Source: Dimorphilus gyrociliatus
Lineage: Eukaryota > Animalia > Annelida
DNA: 64,000 nucleotides
Direction of reading: 5' to 3'
Assembly: GCA_904063045.1 (NCBI GenBank)
Contig: CAJFCJ010000068.1
Location: 78,453-142,452 of the forward strand
Of this stretch, positions 36,090 through 47,204 are shown piece by piece. The notes beneath the pieces are model-generated. The model was given only the letters and a program-made list of their open reading frames with translations, ran no database searches and was not told the DNA's origin. Both the position numbers and the translations under genes were made by a program. The first letter of the stretch is position 1; every line of letters begins with the position of its first letter.

Positions 36090-38066
36090 TTTTTTCTATT
36101 TATTGTTAGTATTTTAAAATTTGGTGAAATGCTCTTCAAATCATCAAATTCTATTCCATTCATACAGGATATTTGATAATTCAATGAACAATAGCAACTA
36201 GCTGGGCATTTAAATGAAGCATTACAATACAATTCATCGCTTGCTTTTCTGCAATTAACAATTCCATCACATATTTTGTATACAATTGACAAATGAAGTA
36301 GATTGTTTACCACAATTTTGTTCATCATCCGAATGAGTACAATGAACAATTCCATCGCAAACTAATTCAATTGATATGCAATAAAACTGCTTTTTACATA
36401 AATATTCTCCACTTTGACACATCTTTACCATACAATAATTTAAAACGGAAAATGGAAAATGAACACTACTCAAAATATGACCCATGGAATTATATTCTAG
36501 TTTACAAGGTGTTGTGTTAAATAGCATTCTTATCTCAAAAATTGAACATTTATTTGGGTCCAAATGATTATATTTATTAAAACAAGCTGAAGATTCTTCA
36601 TCACCTTCACTTTCACAATTTAATTGAAAGTTGCAAACCAAATGATTAGGTATGCATTTATTGTCACACAAAAATTGAAATTCTTTTCGACATTCTTTAA
36701 TAATTTGAAAAAAATTGGTTTTGCGGATAAAAAACAAAAAAACTTACACACAAAACCTTCTTTTTTTCCTTCAGATGAAATGTAGGTTAAACAATTTTCA
36801 TCACTTGAATCATAGCAATTTCTTTCATTATTACAAAACAAATTTCTATCAATACACTGAGAGTTTTCACATCTGATTAGAAAAAGATTTCTTCCATTTT
36901 TCATAGATATTATTTTATTAGTTAATTTTACTTTTTTCCATGTAAACATTCATTCAATTCTGTAATTTTTAAATATTATATTTATTTAAATGAAAATTTC
37001 AATGTTTACCACAAAATTTCTCATCATTTCCATTTGGACAATCTTGTACAAAATCACAAACAAATTGATAATTTATTTGTAGGCTATTTGTGCAGGAGAA
37101 TTTAAAAAATTGTTGACAGTTTTGTTGTTCATCTTCACCGGAAATGCAATCATTTATTCCATCGCAGACATAAATCATATTGATGCATAAAGCATCAATT
37201 TTACAAAAGAAAGAATTATATGGACAAGTGAACAGTATTGTATTGTTGTTCAATTCTTTGTGAAAATTCAAATTTAATTTGTCAATTTCTGAAAGAATAA
37301 ATTTCTTTTTGTAACAAAAAATTTTTTTTATAGATTTAAAGATTGTGTTGCAACTTTCTAATTGGAAACAAAAAACATTATAAAAATATTTAAAATCACA
37401 ATTAAATATTTTAAAAACAGTTGAATCAGCTGCTATACTGTCAAAATCAACTTTGAAACATTTATCTATTCTGGTCATGTATGATGTTGACAATTGAGAA
37501 TGATATGTAAAACAATCATCAATGATACTGCCAAAAAAAAAATCATTTAAATTAAATAATTTAAAAAAATTTATTATTGTATTGAATATACTTATAATCT
37601 TTTAAAAGTTGAATGTATCTCAATTCAAAGGGTTTACCATCATCTAATGTTAAAAATTTTCTACCTTTAACATCTTTTGTCTTTAAAACTTAAAAAAAAA
37701 AGTTTTTATACCAATTGAATTCAATTTTATAATTACTTGTAGGTGGAGAAGATCTAAATTTTGATTTTTGTTCAAGTATGTCACTTTTCCAATCACTAGT
37801 GAATAATTGGAATTGTGTTTTTAATTGTAACAGATAAACAGCTTCCTTGGAAATATAACTGGGTAAAGTCATATTTCTTTTTTTGCATATCTCAGATGAA
37901 TCTCTAATTGAAAATGATGTTTTCTCTGAAATGAGATAATAACAAGCTCCCTCGAACATATATGCTAAACTGTTTAATTTACAATCTGAAAATAACCTTC
38001 TAATGCGTCTTTTTTAAAATTTTAAAAATTGCTATAAAATACCTAAAATATTAGATTTTTTACATT
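36090..38066 (-). pseudogene. C-type-lectin-like plus multi-LDLa exons, truncated at start of LRR region by the Bel/Pao fragment
   Basis: FEGACYY...SSEICKKRNMTLP (CLECT-like), followed by about six LDLa modules (CDGINDCISGEDE, CDFVQDCPNGNDE, CNNERNCYDSSDE, CNFQLNCESEGDE, CDGIVHCTHSDDE, CDGIVNCRKASDE). Confidence 0.8.
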
Positions 38067-39330
38067 CAATTGCAGTTTACAAGATTGGAAAGGTTGGGCA
38101 GAATAAAAGACAGCAATATCTATCAGTTAGAGGAACTAACCCAGATCCTGACAGAGGTGTATGGAGACTACAAGGACCGGAATGACTTGGATAATGGTGA
38201 CAAACCTCATCTCTTGAGAAATTGCCCACAATTCAAGAAAATGGATATAGAGGGTTGTAACAGGCTTGTGTAAAAATTGGGACTTTGGGATAATTGCATG
38301 ACGAACAGGCATAACGTAGCTGAATGCTGGAAATTGAAATGTAGGACATGCAGGACAGCAAAAAGTTACTTGCTGCATCAATGTCAAAAGAAGGTCGCCC
38401 CAAAGGTCATGATGGTAAAGGCCCCAAGAATCGAGAAAGAAAATGGGATGACTGCATTGGAACTGCCTGCCAAAAATGGTAACCTAGTAGTAATAAACGA
38501 TACTGGAGAGGACATGTCAATCACTGAGAAAGTGGCAAAAAGAATAAATGCAAGGTCTATAGAGATAGTGGAAATCGAACTCTCAATGATGGGGAGAGTA
38601 GAGAAACACAAGGCTATGAGGCATGAGTTTGAAATCAAGGGAAGATGCCTGGAAGCATTAGAATACCCAGAGATCGCTGTGATAAGCCAAAATGCTATAA
38701 CTACAGAGGGACGAAAGAGATGGCCGTATTTAAAGGACATCCCCATCCCACAACTGAAACAAAGACAAGTAGACCTGCTGTTAGGATGCAACTATGCAGA
38801 CTTGATCACACCCAGGACAATATTGGAAGGAGATGTGAACAAGCCAATTGCCATGCTTTCAAAAACTGGGATGGTCAATAACGAGACAGAGAATAGAAAA
38901 AGGGAGGCAGGCGGAGGTATCTTTGATATAAAAGGGGGATAGCTCAAAGGAACAAAAGCTAACTCTAAGAGATGAAGAATGGGTAGAAAAATTAGATAAG
39001 AACATATCCTGCAAGGAGGGAAAGGTATATGCCCCCATTCTGTTCAATGGTGATGAGAAAGAGCTGCAGTGTAACAGATATATGGCATACAAAAGGTTGG
39101 AGGGCCTACAAAAAAGGTTCACAAGAGATAAACAGTACGAGAAACAATATGATGAAGGCATCATGGACTACATAAACAAGGGTTACGCAAGAAGAAAGGA
39201 AGAAAAGGACATAATAAAATGGTTCATACCATATCACAGTGTAGCGAATCTGAATAAAAAAGGATTGCGAATAGTATATGATTGCACAGCAAAATACCAT
39301 GGGCGAAGCATTAATGATATGAATATTTAA
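38067..39330 (+). mobile_element. Bel/Pao fragment: gag C-terminus with Zn knuckles, protease, start of RT; degenerate
   Basis: HLLRNC; C..C....H.VAEC..KC.TC...YLLH; NDTG protease; LLLGCNY; AYKRL..LQKRF; WFIPYHSV; LRIVYDCTAK...SIND. Stops and frameshifts; no LTR seen. Confidence 0.88.
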
Positions 39331-39646
39331 TGCCCAGTACCTTTTCTGGGTAATCATATATTTTTGTTTCAGGTGGGATGATCTTTCTAATTGCTATCAA
39401 GTTCATCAAGAATGTGGTGATCCACATTTTACTGCTTTTGTAAAGGATCAAAATGGTTTGGGAGCAGAGTTAGTCACCAGATATTATATCTTATTATTAG
39501 CTCTAAAAGATTCTGGAAAGTTAAATGTGCAAAAGAACAAATTGCTTCAATTTAAAATAGTACAACAATTCAAAAAAAGATTTGTCACACACTGTAATTG
39601 TTCTCTTATAATTCTTCAGTAATCTGTTGCCTTGAAACCATTTTCC

Positions 39647-40135
39647 ATAAATGATTGGAAAGTATGGAGAACTGTTGTGGTGAACCAGAAATTCCTACAA
39701 TTTTTATACAACAAAGTACAGATGGCGCTTTAAAATGAAGTGGTAATTTTGGTCTGCTATATTATTGCCAAGGGTACATTAATTCATTGAATTATCACAC
39801 AAAAACATAAGTTATTTAATTCTGAATACATATCAATTGCTGTCTTCTTCTTCCTACCCATTTCTCAATTCAAAATCTAGTCTTGAAATTTCTCATTTGT
39901 GGACATTTTCTGTGACCCCACTCAATAGATATTCTTCAAATGAAACACTGGCATTTTGTTGATTTCTACCAAAATTACATTTGTTAAGACTACTTGTGGA
40001 CAAACTTGAAAGGCTCTATTTGTGTGAGTACTTTGGTGAGTTGATAAATAATTGGAAAGGATGAATACTGTTTAGAAGAAGCAGAAATTCCTACAATTAC
40101 AATACAACAAAGTACAAATATGGTGCAGTCGACAG
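39647..40135 (+). mobile_element. Two family-2 LTR 3' ends, the second followed by a tRNA-Ser-type PBS, with a MITE fragment between them
   Basis: ...CAGAAATTCCTACAAT...ACAACAAAGTACA ends at 39720 (then GATGGCGC) and at 40116 (then AATA TGGTGCAGTCGACAG). MITE right arm at 39833-39919. Confidence 0.8.
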
Positions 40136-41641
40136 CCCACAATTCAACTTTAAGGAATGATATTTTGGTTTATGAAAGTGACAAAACTATCTAAAAAATA
40201 GATGAGTATCTCTCCAAAATAGATGAATTAATGCTAAGATTTAAGAGTAGTGGAGCCAAGATTGATGATAACAGTTTTTTGAAATACCATTCATCAACTG
40301 GGGCACCTACAATTTCTGAAGGTATGGTTAATCCTGATCCTTCTCAACCAAAATTCAGAAATTGAAAGAGAGTTGTTTAAACTAGCTTGTGTAAAAAAAT
40401 ACTCATTGAACATTTGCTTATTGGATCAAATGCATTCAGGGTTTGTATTATTTATGCCATTATAATATCAATCATTCAAAAAATCCAGATTCAGCATCAA
40501 ATTCACCATTATGTTTAAGTTGTTTTCGAATCTCAAAAAGTAATTGTGCTGTAATCTTATAGATAATTGATGAAGAAAAAGAACAAAGCAAAAATGAATC
40601 CAGAGAGGAGTTGAGATTGTCATTTTCTTTTGATAGTATAGAAAGCATTGCTGATTGTTCAATAGGAGTTCAAAGTGTTGTGAAAAAGGAGGATATTATG
40701 TTCAGTAAAAAAAATTGAAATGAATACATTGACACAGTCACTGATGGACAAAATCTCTGATGGACGTTTTCAACAATATCCTCTCAATCCTGGTGCCATG
40801 TTTGTGCTACATCATTATTTAACCCATCTTGTGCCATTTAGTCAACTGAACTATCCTAGCTTTGGCTAAGACAAGCTTCCCCTTTAGGTGACACTAACAT
40901 GCTGACATGAATTCACCAACCCATACTAACACATAATGTGTAAATGTTCTGTTCATATTGTATGCATAACTTTTACTTACATTTCACATCCCAATAAACA
41001 AGACAGTTTACAATTGACATTAGCGGCAAACCTCACCTCAGAGTATTTAAATCCTCATTGTTTTATTCTAATCGTCCTATCGTTTGTGATAGAAAATCAA
41101 AAAAACTTCAGTTGGAACAAAACTTATTTTTACAGCCAATAGCAACAATGAAAGAAATGAAATCAATATCAGTTTTACAAGTTATGTAGACACCTTTTGT
41201 CATAAATGTCAGACAACAAAGGATGATATTTCTATATTCTTCTTTTCATTCTGAGAGAGTAGATGATTTTTCTAAATTTTCCCACGGGTTTATGTTTGTG
41301 TCATGGTTGAAAAAAAAAAGATTCATTTGGAATTCAGTTAAAAAGGTTAGTCACGTATTAAATATGTTGAGGTTACAGTTTAATAAAACTAGAAGTAGAT
41401 GTTAGATTAGCAAACAATTGAGAGGGAGCTGAAAAGGCAAAATCTGAAGTATTGGAGAGTGAGACAAAAACCTGATCTTACTGGTAATAAAAAATTGTTA
41501 ATATCTGTTTATTTTTTAATAGGTCATTTGAAATGACAAGACAATTTTGCAGATTTTCAGTATAGAATTGATAGGAAAAAATTTTAATAATAGATTTAAT
41601 AGTGGTTTAAATGATTGGCAAACATAGGTGAATAACTCGTA

Positions 41642-42806
41642 TTAAAAATTCGAAATAAAACTTTCAAGTGTTTTTGGATATAATAAATCATTGACATTCA
41701 CCAGCCAACATTCCATTTCTCCTCTTGGAGTTATTTGACTTGAAATTATATTCTGATTTACTGTCATTGCAGTTTTCTTTGAGTTTTGAGTAGATTTGAA
41801 AAATTTGTATGATTGATTTCTTACATAGCCCAAAAGTCCACCAGGTGATTTGTAGCTGCTAATATCATTGATAAAAACATCCAGATAAACACCAATCATA
41901 GAGTTTATTGATTTCTTTACCATAAAACTATGTTCCTTTAATGTATTCTCATTCCTTGATATTGTAAAATACAACAAATCATTTTCAACATTCATACTAA
42001 TATCTTTATACTTTGTACTAAATTTAAATGATTCATTATTCCATTCACAAACGTTGGCACTCTGCCAAAAAATTTGTGTAGGTCTTACTTGAAAGTATTG
42101 ACTGTCAAAATTGAATTGTATTTCATGCATATAGTAATCATCCTTTAACAAACCATATACAGTAATATTTGTTTCTGTATCATTGAAAATCTGAATTCTA
42201 TTACCTTTGTTAGCAGTGACATCAAAACATATATGTTTATATTGATTTTGTTTATCATTTTCATCGTGAACAAGTAGCATAAAGTGAGGATCACCATTCC
42301 CACCAGGTGGATCAGTGACTTGTACAACATATGTAAGAACATCAGCTTGGTTACATGTCAGAAGAATGTTAACACTTTCAGTGCCTTCTACTTGACCATC
42401 AGATATTAGAGATACAGTTGCTGTTTTAACAGAACCAGAAGGTAATTCTATTGGATTTGTTCCAACAGGAGCATAATCAGGATCATCCGGTTTTATTCTG
42501 CAAAGAGAGATTAAAGTTAATTGTAAAAAGTTATGTTGAGTAGAAAAAGACATTGTTATTACGTGCAAGTGTCAACAGCATTCCCAGCTTGTAAAACAAT
42601 TTCCACATTTGTGCCTTCTTCACGAGGATCAGTCCCCTGTACAACACCACTCACGTAGACTGTACCTATAGCATTCACTTGTCTGATAGCTAAATAATAA
42701 AATTTGCATGTAGTTCATAACTATTAATGAAACATAAGGAGGACGAAAAAGGATGATACTCACTAAAACAGACACCTAGAAGGAAAATTGAGCAGAACAA
42801 GTTCAT
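41642..42806 (-). CDS. Small secreted protein: Calx-beta/Ig-like segment plus GDPH-initiated ITIH C-terminal-like domain
   Basis: Exon 1 from ATG 42806 (MNLFCSIFLLGVCF); intron 42690-42763; second intron ~42502-42565. Then DYAPV...SLISDGQVEGTESVNILL and GDPHF...ICFDV...IQIFND..TNITVYGLL to TAA at 41642. Confidence 0.75.
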
Positions 42807-44141
42807 GTTCAGGTTTCTGGATAGAATATAACAAAAAAACAAGTCTTTTATACATAAAAGTAAGATTAATAGGCCAACATGGTAGTTATTGTCATATTAT
42901 TATATATGTCCACATATAAGGATATTTGGCAGCAGGGTGCACACTAGATCTTTTGATATTTATAAATTGTATTGTGGCTGTTTTCCTTTTTAATAGGGTT
43001 GAAACTATACCAGGATGAAACCATACATAATTATTCAATTTAACAAAGTAGTCAAGTGCAAAAATTCAAAAAAATATTTTTTTTCATTTGTAATGAACTT
43101 TAATGTCTGCTCATTTGAATATCAGTAATATAATACAATTTTTAAGCCTACTTCAGTTTAAAAGGAATATAGAAATATATAATATAAAATTGCTTGGTGA
43201 TAACACTGCCCTCTACAAGCCATAATAGTAGAAAATTGTCAAGGGACAGGTGTTCATTATAATCATTTTTAAAGACTATTTTCTTATGAAAGTGAATGTC
43301 TTTTAAAAGCAATTGCAAATTATTGGGAATGTTTTCAACACAAAAAAAAGCTAGTTGAAAAAGAATTTGAAACAATTCTTCAATATTCATTCTTGGCTGA
43401 AAAAAGGAAAAATTTGTGAATTTTAAACATCATATCTTCACTTAGTCTTTATCTATATAAAGAATATATTTTTATCATGAATCCGATTCTAGTAATAAAT
43501 ATTTTTTATTGAAAGTTGATCAACTTGAAATTCTATTTAAACCAGAAATTTTGGTGTACTAGCTAAATAATGTCTGGTTAAGTTAAAAGAATAGTGCTTT
43601 TATAGAAACATATGTGATGCAGCTACAGCTAAGGATTGGACTCAATAATGTGTTAATAAAAATGATGAAGAAATTCACATATCAATATCTTATCATTATC
43701 ACTTTCAATGGATAGTAGAATATTAACACTATAAACTTGAAGTGTATTCAATCCTCCATCATTTTAACAAGAAAAACTAATATAAATGTAATCTTCAACA
43801 TATTCTTCAGATTTTTGCTTACAAATTTCTACTACATTTTCATCTTGAGTTTTATATTTCATAAGAATGCCAATGTTCACTTCGAGATCTTCCAATTTTT
43901 TAAAGATCAGCACAGGTTCTGTGCCTTCTTTGAATACTTCTCTGCCATTCATCATTTTATACTCAAAGTTGATGTACTATTTTGTAAAGTTTAAGCATGT
44001 GTTTAAATTATTATCGGTTACAGGTTCTCCATTTTGAGAAGATGAAGAAGAGGAACAACTGTTATGTGAAGAAGTGATTTTAACTCCATCTTCTTGTTTT
44101 GAAAATGAAAAAAATAGAATTACAAATGACAGTTAAAAATA

Positions 44142-44590
44142 TTATTTAAATAAATATATACCTTTATCAATGAATTTTATTTTATTCGCAATATTTGAAT
44201 GTCCATTTTTAAAGAGAATTTTTTTCAATAAAATATCATTCTCATTCTGAAAATCAACTGACGCCAAAAGATTCTTATTGTAGATTCTACCTTCTCCGAA
44301 TTTTATCTTCTGATTACCAAGAAAAAACCAATAGTTTTTCCATTCTTCGCACGAAATTAGATGATAAGAGTTTGAAAAGGTGATATTTTGTTCAGGAATT
44401 TTAGTCTGTAAGATTGATATTCCTTTGTCATCCAAAGATCTCGTATCTAGCATTAGAGTGAAATATTCTCTTTGGCTATTTTCAAAGCTAATGATAAATG
44501 AAGAACAATCATTGGGATTGTTATTCTCTATTCCTTTAATACCAAATCTAAAAGCCAAAAATTTTTCCCTCAGATTATATGGTAGAATGT
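44142..44590 (-). CDS. Exon encoding a Methyltransf_FA (FAMeT-like) domain
   Basis: FRFGIKG...LISCEEWKNYWFFLGNQKIKFGEG...LLAS resembles the FAMeT-domain core. Downstream exons (43.6-44.1 kb) appear disrupted. Confidence 0.5.
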
Positions 44591-44724
44591 AAGTGACAAA
44601 ATGCCATTAAGTTTGAATGTCAAAGATATGCTGATTTCCAACTGAAAGCAATCAAATTTAAATATAAAAATTCAACCGAAAAGTAACATAGCAGTAGGCC
44701 TTTTTCTATTTTTTTTTCAATCAC

Positions 44725-44915
44725 TGTACTGCGTTGTACGGTAATTGTAGGAATCTCGAGTTCATTACGATTGAATTCGTCCTCACCAATCATTTACCAA
44801 TCTGCCAAAGTACTGGTCCAAATAGAACCTTTCAAATTCGTCCACAAGTAGTCTACAATAATCACAGGACATATATGTATGCCACTTCGACAAACTACTA
44901 CCACAGTACCCATTG
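44725..44915 (-). mobile_element. LTR 3'-end fragment, family-2-like
   Basis: TGTACTGCG...GTAATTGTAGGAATC...CCAATCATTTACCAA...GCCAAAGTACTGGTCCAAATAGAACCTTTCAAATTCGTCCACAA. Confidence 0.75.
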
Positions 44916-45495
44916 ATGATAGAACTTTAAGATAAACAGAAAACATCTTATAATTTTCAATTCATTAAGAGTTTCTTTTAAAGGGAGAGAAGAGAGAGAG
45001 AGCTGTTTGATACAACTCATTCAAATTTTTCAATCATTTTAAACAGCACAGAAAACAGAAACTACAACCAAGTTGATATTGAAAACCTGAAGAGATTAAT
45101 GAATATGCTCAATTATAGATATAAAATATGGGAGAATTTATCTCTGGAAGAGTTCAATACAAAAATAGATTCCCTATCAATAGATTCTCTAAAATCATTT
45201 ATTTTCTATATAATGAGCCACTGCAATCATCAGGGTTTTGTTTTAAAGGACAAGCATAGCTACATTAAATATACCAATTTCCTTTATAAAATTACAAAAA
45301 AGAAGATATTGGAAAATTTCAATATTCCAATGACAAACACACTTTTAGATAGAAGACAAACAAAATTTCAAAAATATCTTTATGTTAAAAATAGGGAATG
45401 CATCCAGTGAAAGATCTTCACAGGAGTTTAGTCAGAGTTTACATTCATTTAAAAATAATAATAAGACGAATGAAGAGAACATTTTTGAAGGATAT

Positions 45496-45830
45496 TCTAC
45501 TTTGTTGTATTGTAATTGTAGGAATTTCTGGTTCGTCACAACTGTAATCGTCCTTTCCAATCATTTACCAACTTGCCAAAGTACTCAAACAAATAGAACC
45601 TTTCAAGTTCGTTCACAAATAGTCTAACAAATGCAATTTCAGTAGAAATTAATCAACAAAACACCAGTATTTCGTCCAAAGAATATGTATTGAGTAAATG
45701 AGTTTCTAGTTCTAAACAAGTAAGTTTAAACAACCAGTTAATGGTTAAAGAACTGAACTGACAAGCTGGGGAAAAGCATTTCCTTTTATACATTTCCAAA
45801 GCTTGGGTTCAAGCGGTCAACAGATTACAA
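45496..45830 (-). mobile_element. LTR fragment (family 2)
   Basis: High similarity to 32021-32280 and 17770-18040. Confidence 0.85.
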
Positions 45831-47204
45831 AGTTGAAATCTGACATTATGGATTTTAATGTGAAAAGCTTTTTTTGAGAGATATTAGATTATTCATAATG
45901 TTAATTATTTCTACTAAGCAACCATGTACACATTTGGGGGTTTTGTATTAAAACAGGAAAAGGAAATTGTATGCATATATTGATTGGCTCCATTCAGTGT
46001 GGAGCAAAATGCTCTATTGTTTCATTGAAAAATTTTAACAAAAGAAATCCAGCTGTCTTTTAGAGGAATGTAAGTGAAGTAGTATGCACTTAGATACAGT
46101 GATATATCAGTATTTAGACTTGATAATTAAATGTACATCAGAAAGACTTATTTCGTATAAATTATAATTCTCAAGCTTTAGAAAGACTTTTATTTAGTAG
46201 AATTAGAGTCTAAATTAACAAAGGAATAAACAATATAGAAAAAATGCATGTCAAACTTGTTACATGTTTTTATTCAAAAACAGTTGTGGAAGAGGCAGCC
46301 TTGTTTTTGCAGTCCCATATGTTTGCCATAAGTCATGCAATAGTTTTTCATGTTTTTCTTATATGTGCATTGTGAGACCATTACATGTCAACTTCGTAAT
46401 CTGTTGACCAAGTGAACCCAAGCTGACATTGATGATGAGTTAATGACAAACAAGGTTGTCCTGGACTGGAAAAATGTAGTAGCCAGAATTCTAAGCCATT
46501 ACAATGGAGAATCACAATTTGATATGACAATTAAAGGCCAAGCCTAAAGGCAAGTGTCTGTCCCCACAAGATCACCAAAGGAATGGTATTGAAAATATAA
46601 CAGTGGATCATATAGCTTCCCTTGGGAAGATGGTGAGGATAAGGCAGATACAGGGGAGAATTAGATTGTCGATTTTTCTTATTTTATTTTGTCAAACTGG
46701 GCATTTCCTTTGCACAGGCGTACTCAGTTTATTGAAAAGAATATCTGAGAAAGTGCAAGAAATTTCTCATTGCCTCTCACAATTTAGTAAGAACTAAATT
46801 TAACACACAAAGTCAATAATAGTTATAAGATTATTTGATCAAGTTAAAACTCCAACAAACAGATGGAAACCAAATAAACACATGGTCATTGGACATGTAT
46901 TAAAATTTTGGGAAGAGAATGAATATTTATTGATCAATACACTAAATAACAACAAAATTTCAAACAACATTCCACCCATGATTGTCAAAGGCTTGTTTTC
47001 ATTTTTGGAATTATTTGAAGATCTACTTTAAGACTTTAATTTTTCATTCTTTTGTTAAGGGAAAAAAACCACACACAATGAAGACAAAAAACAAGTTTAA
47101 CTTAAATTTCAATTGAAAAAGAATTTATTATCACGAGAAGAAAAATACTGAAATTATTTAACTTTTATTTCTTCTGTCAGATTTCCAATGAAAAGCTTTT
47201 TTAC

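Noticed and set aside
7860-45030. Recurring AGAGAG-CC-ATTCATTT motif (~7865, ~18975, ~44995) as a promoter element
   Set aside because: Low complexity, only three loose copies, and no consistent downstream gene; cannot be supported.
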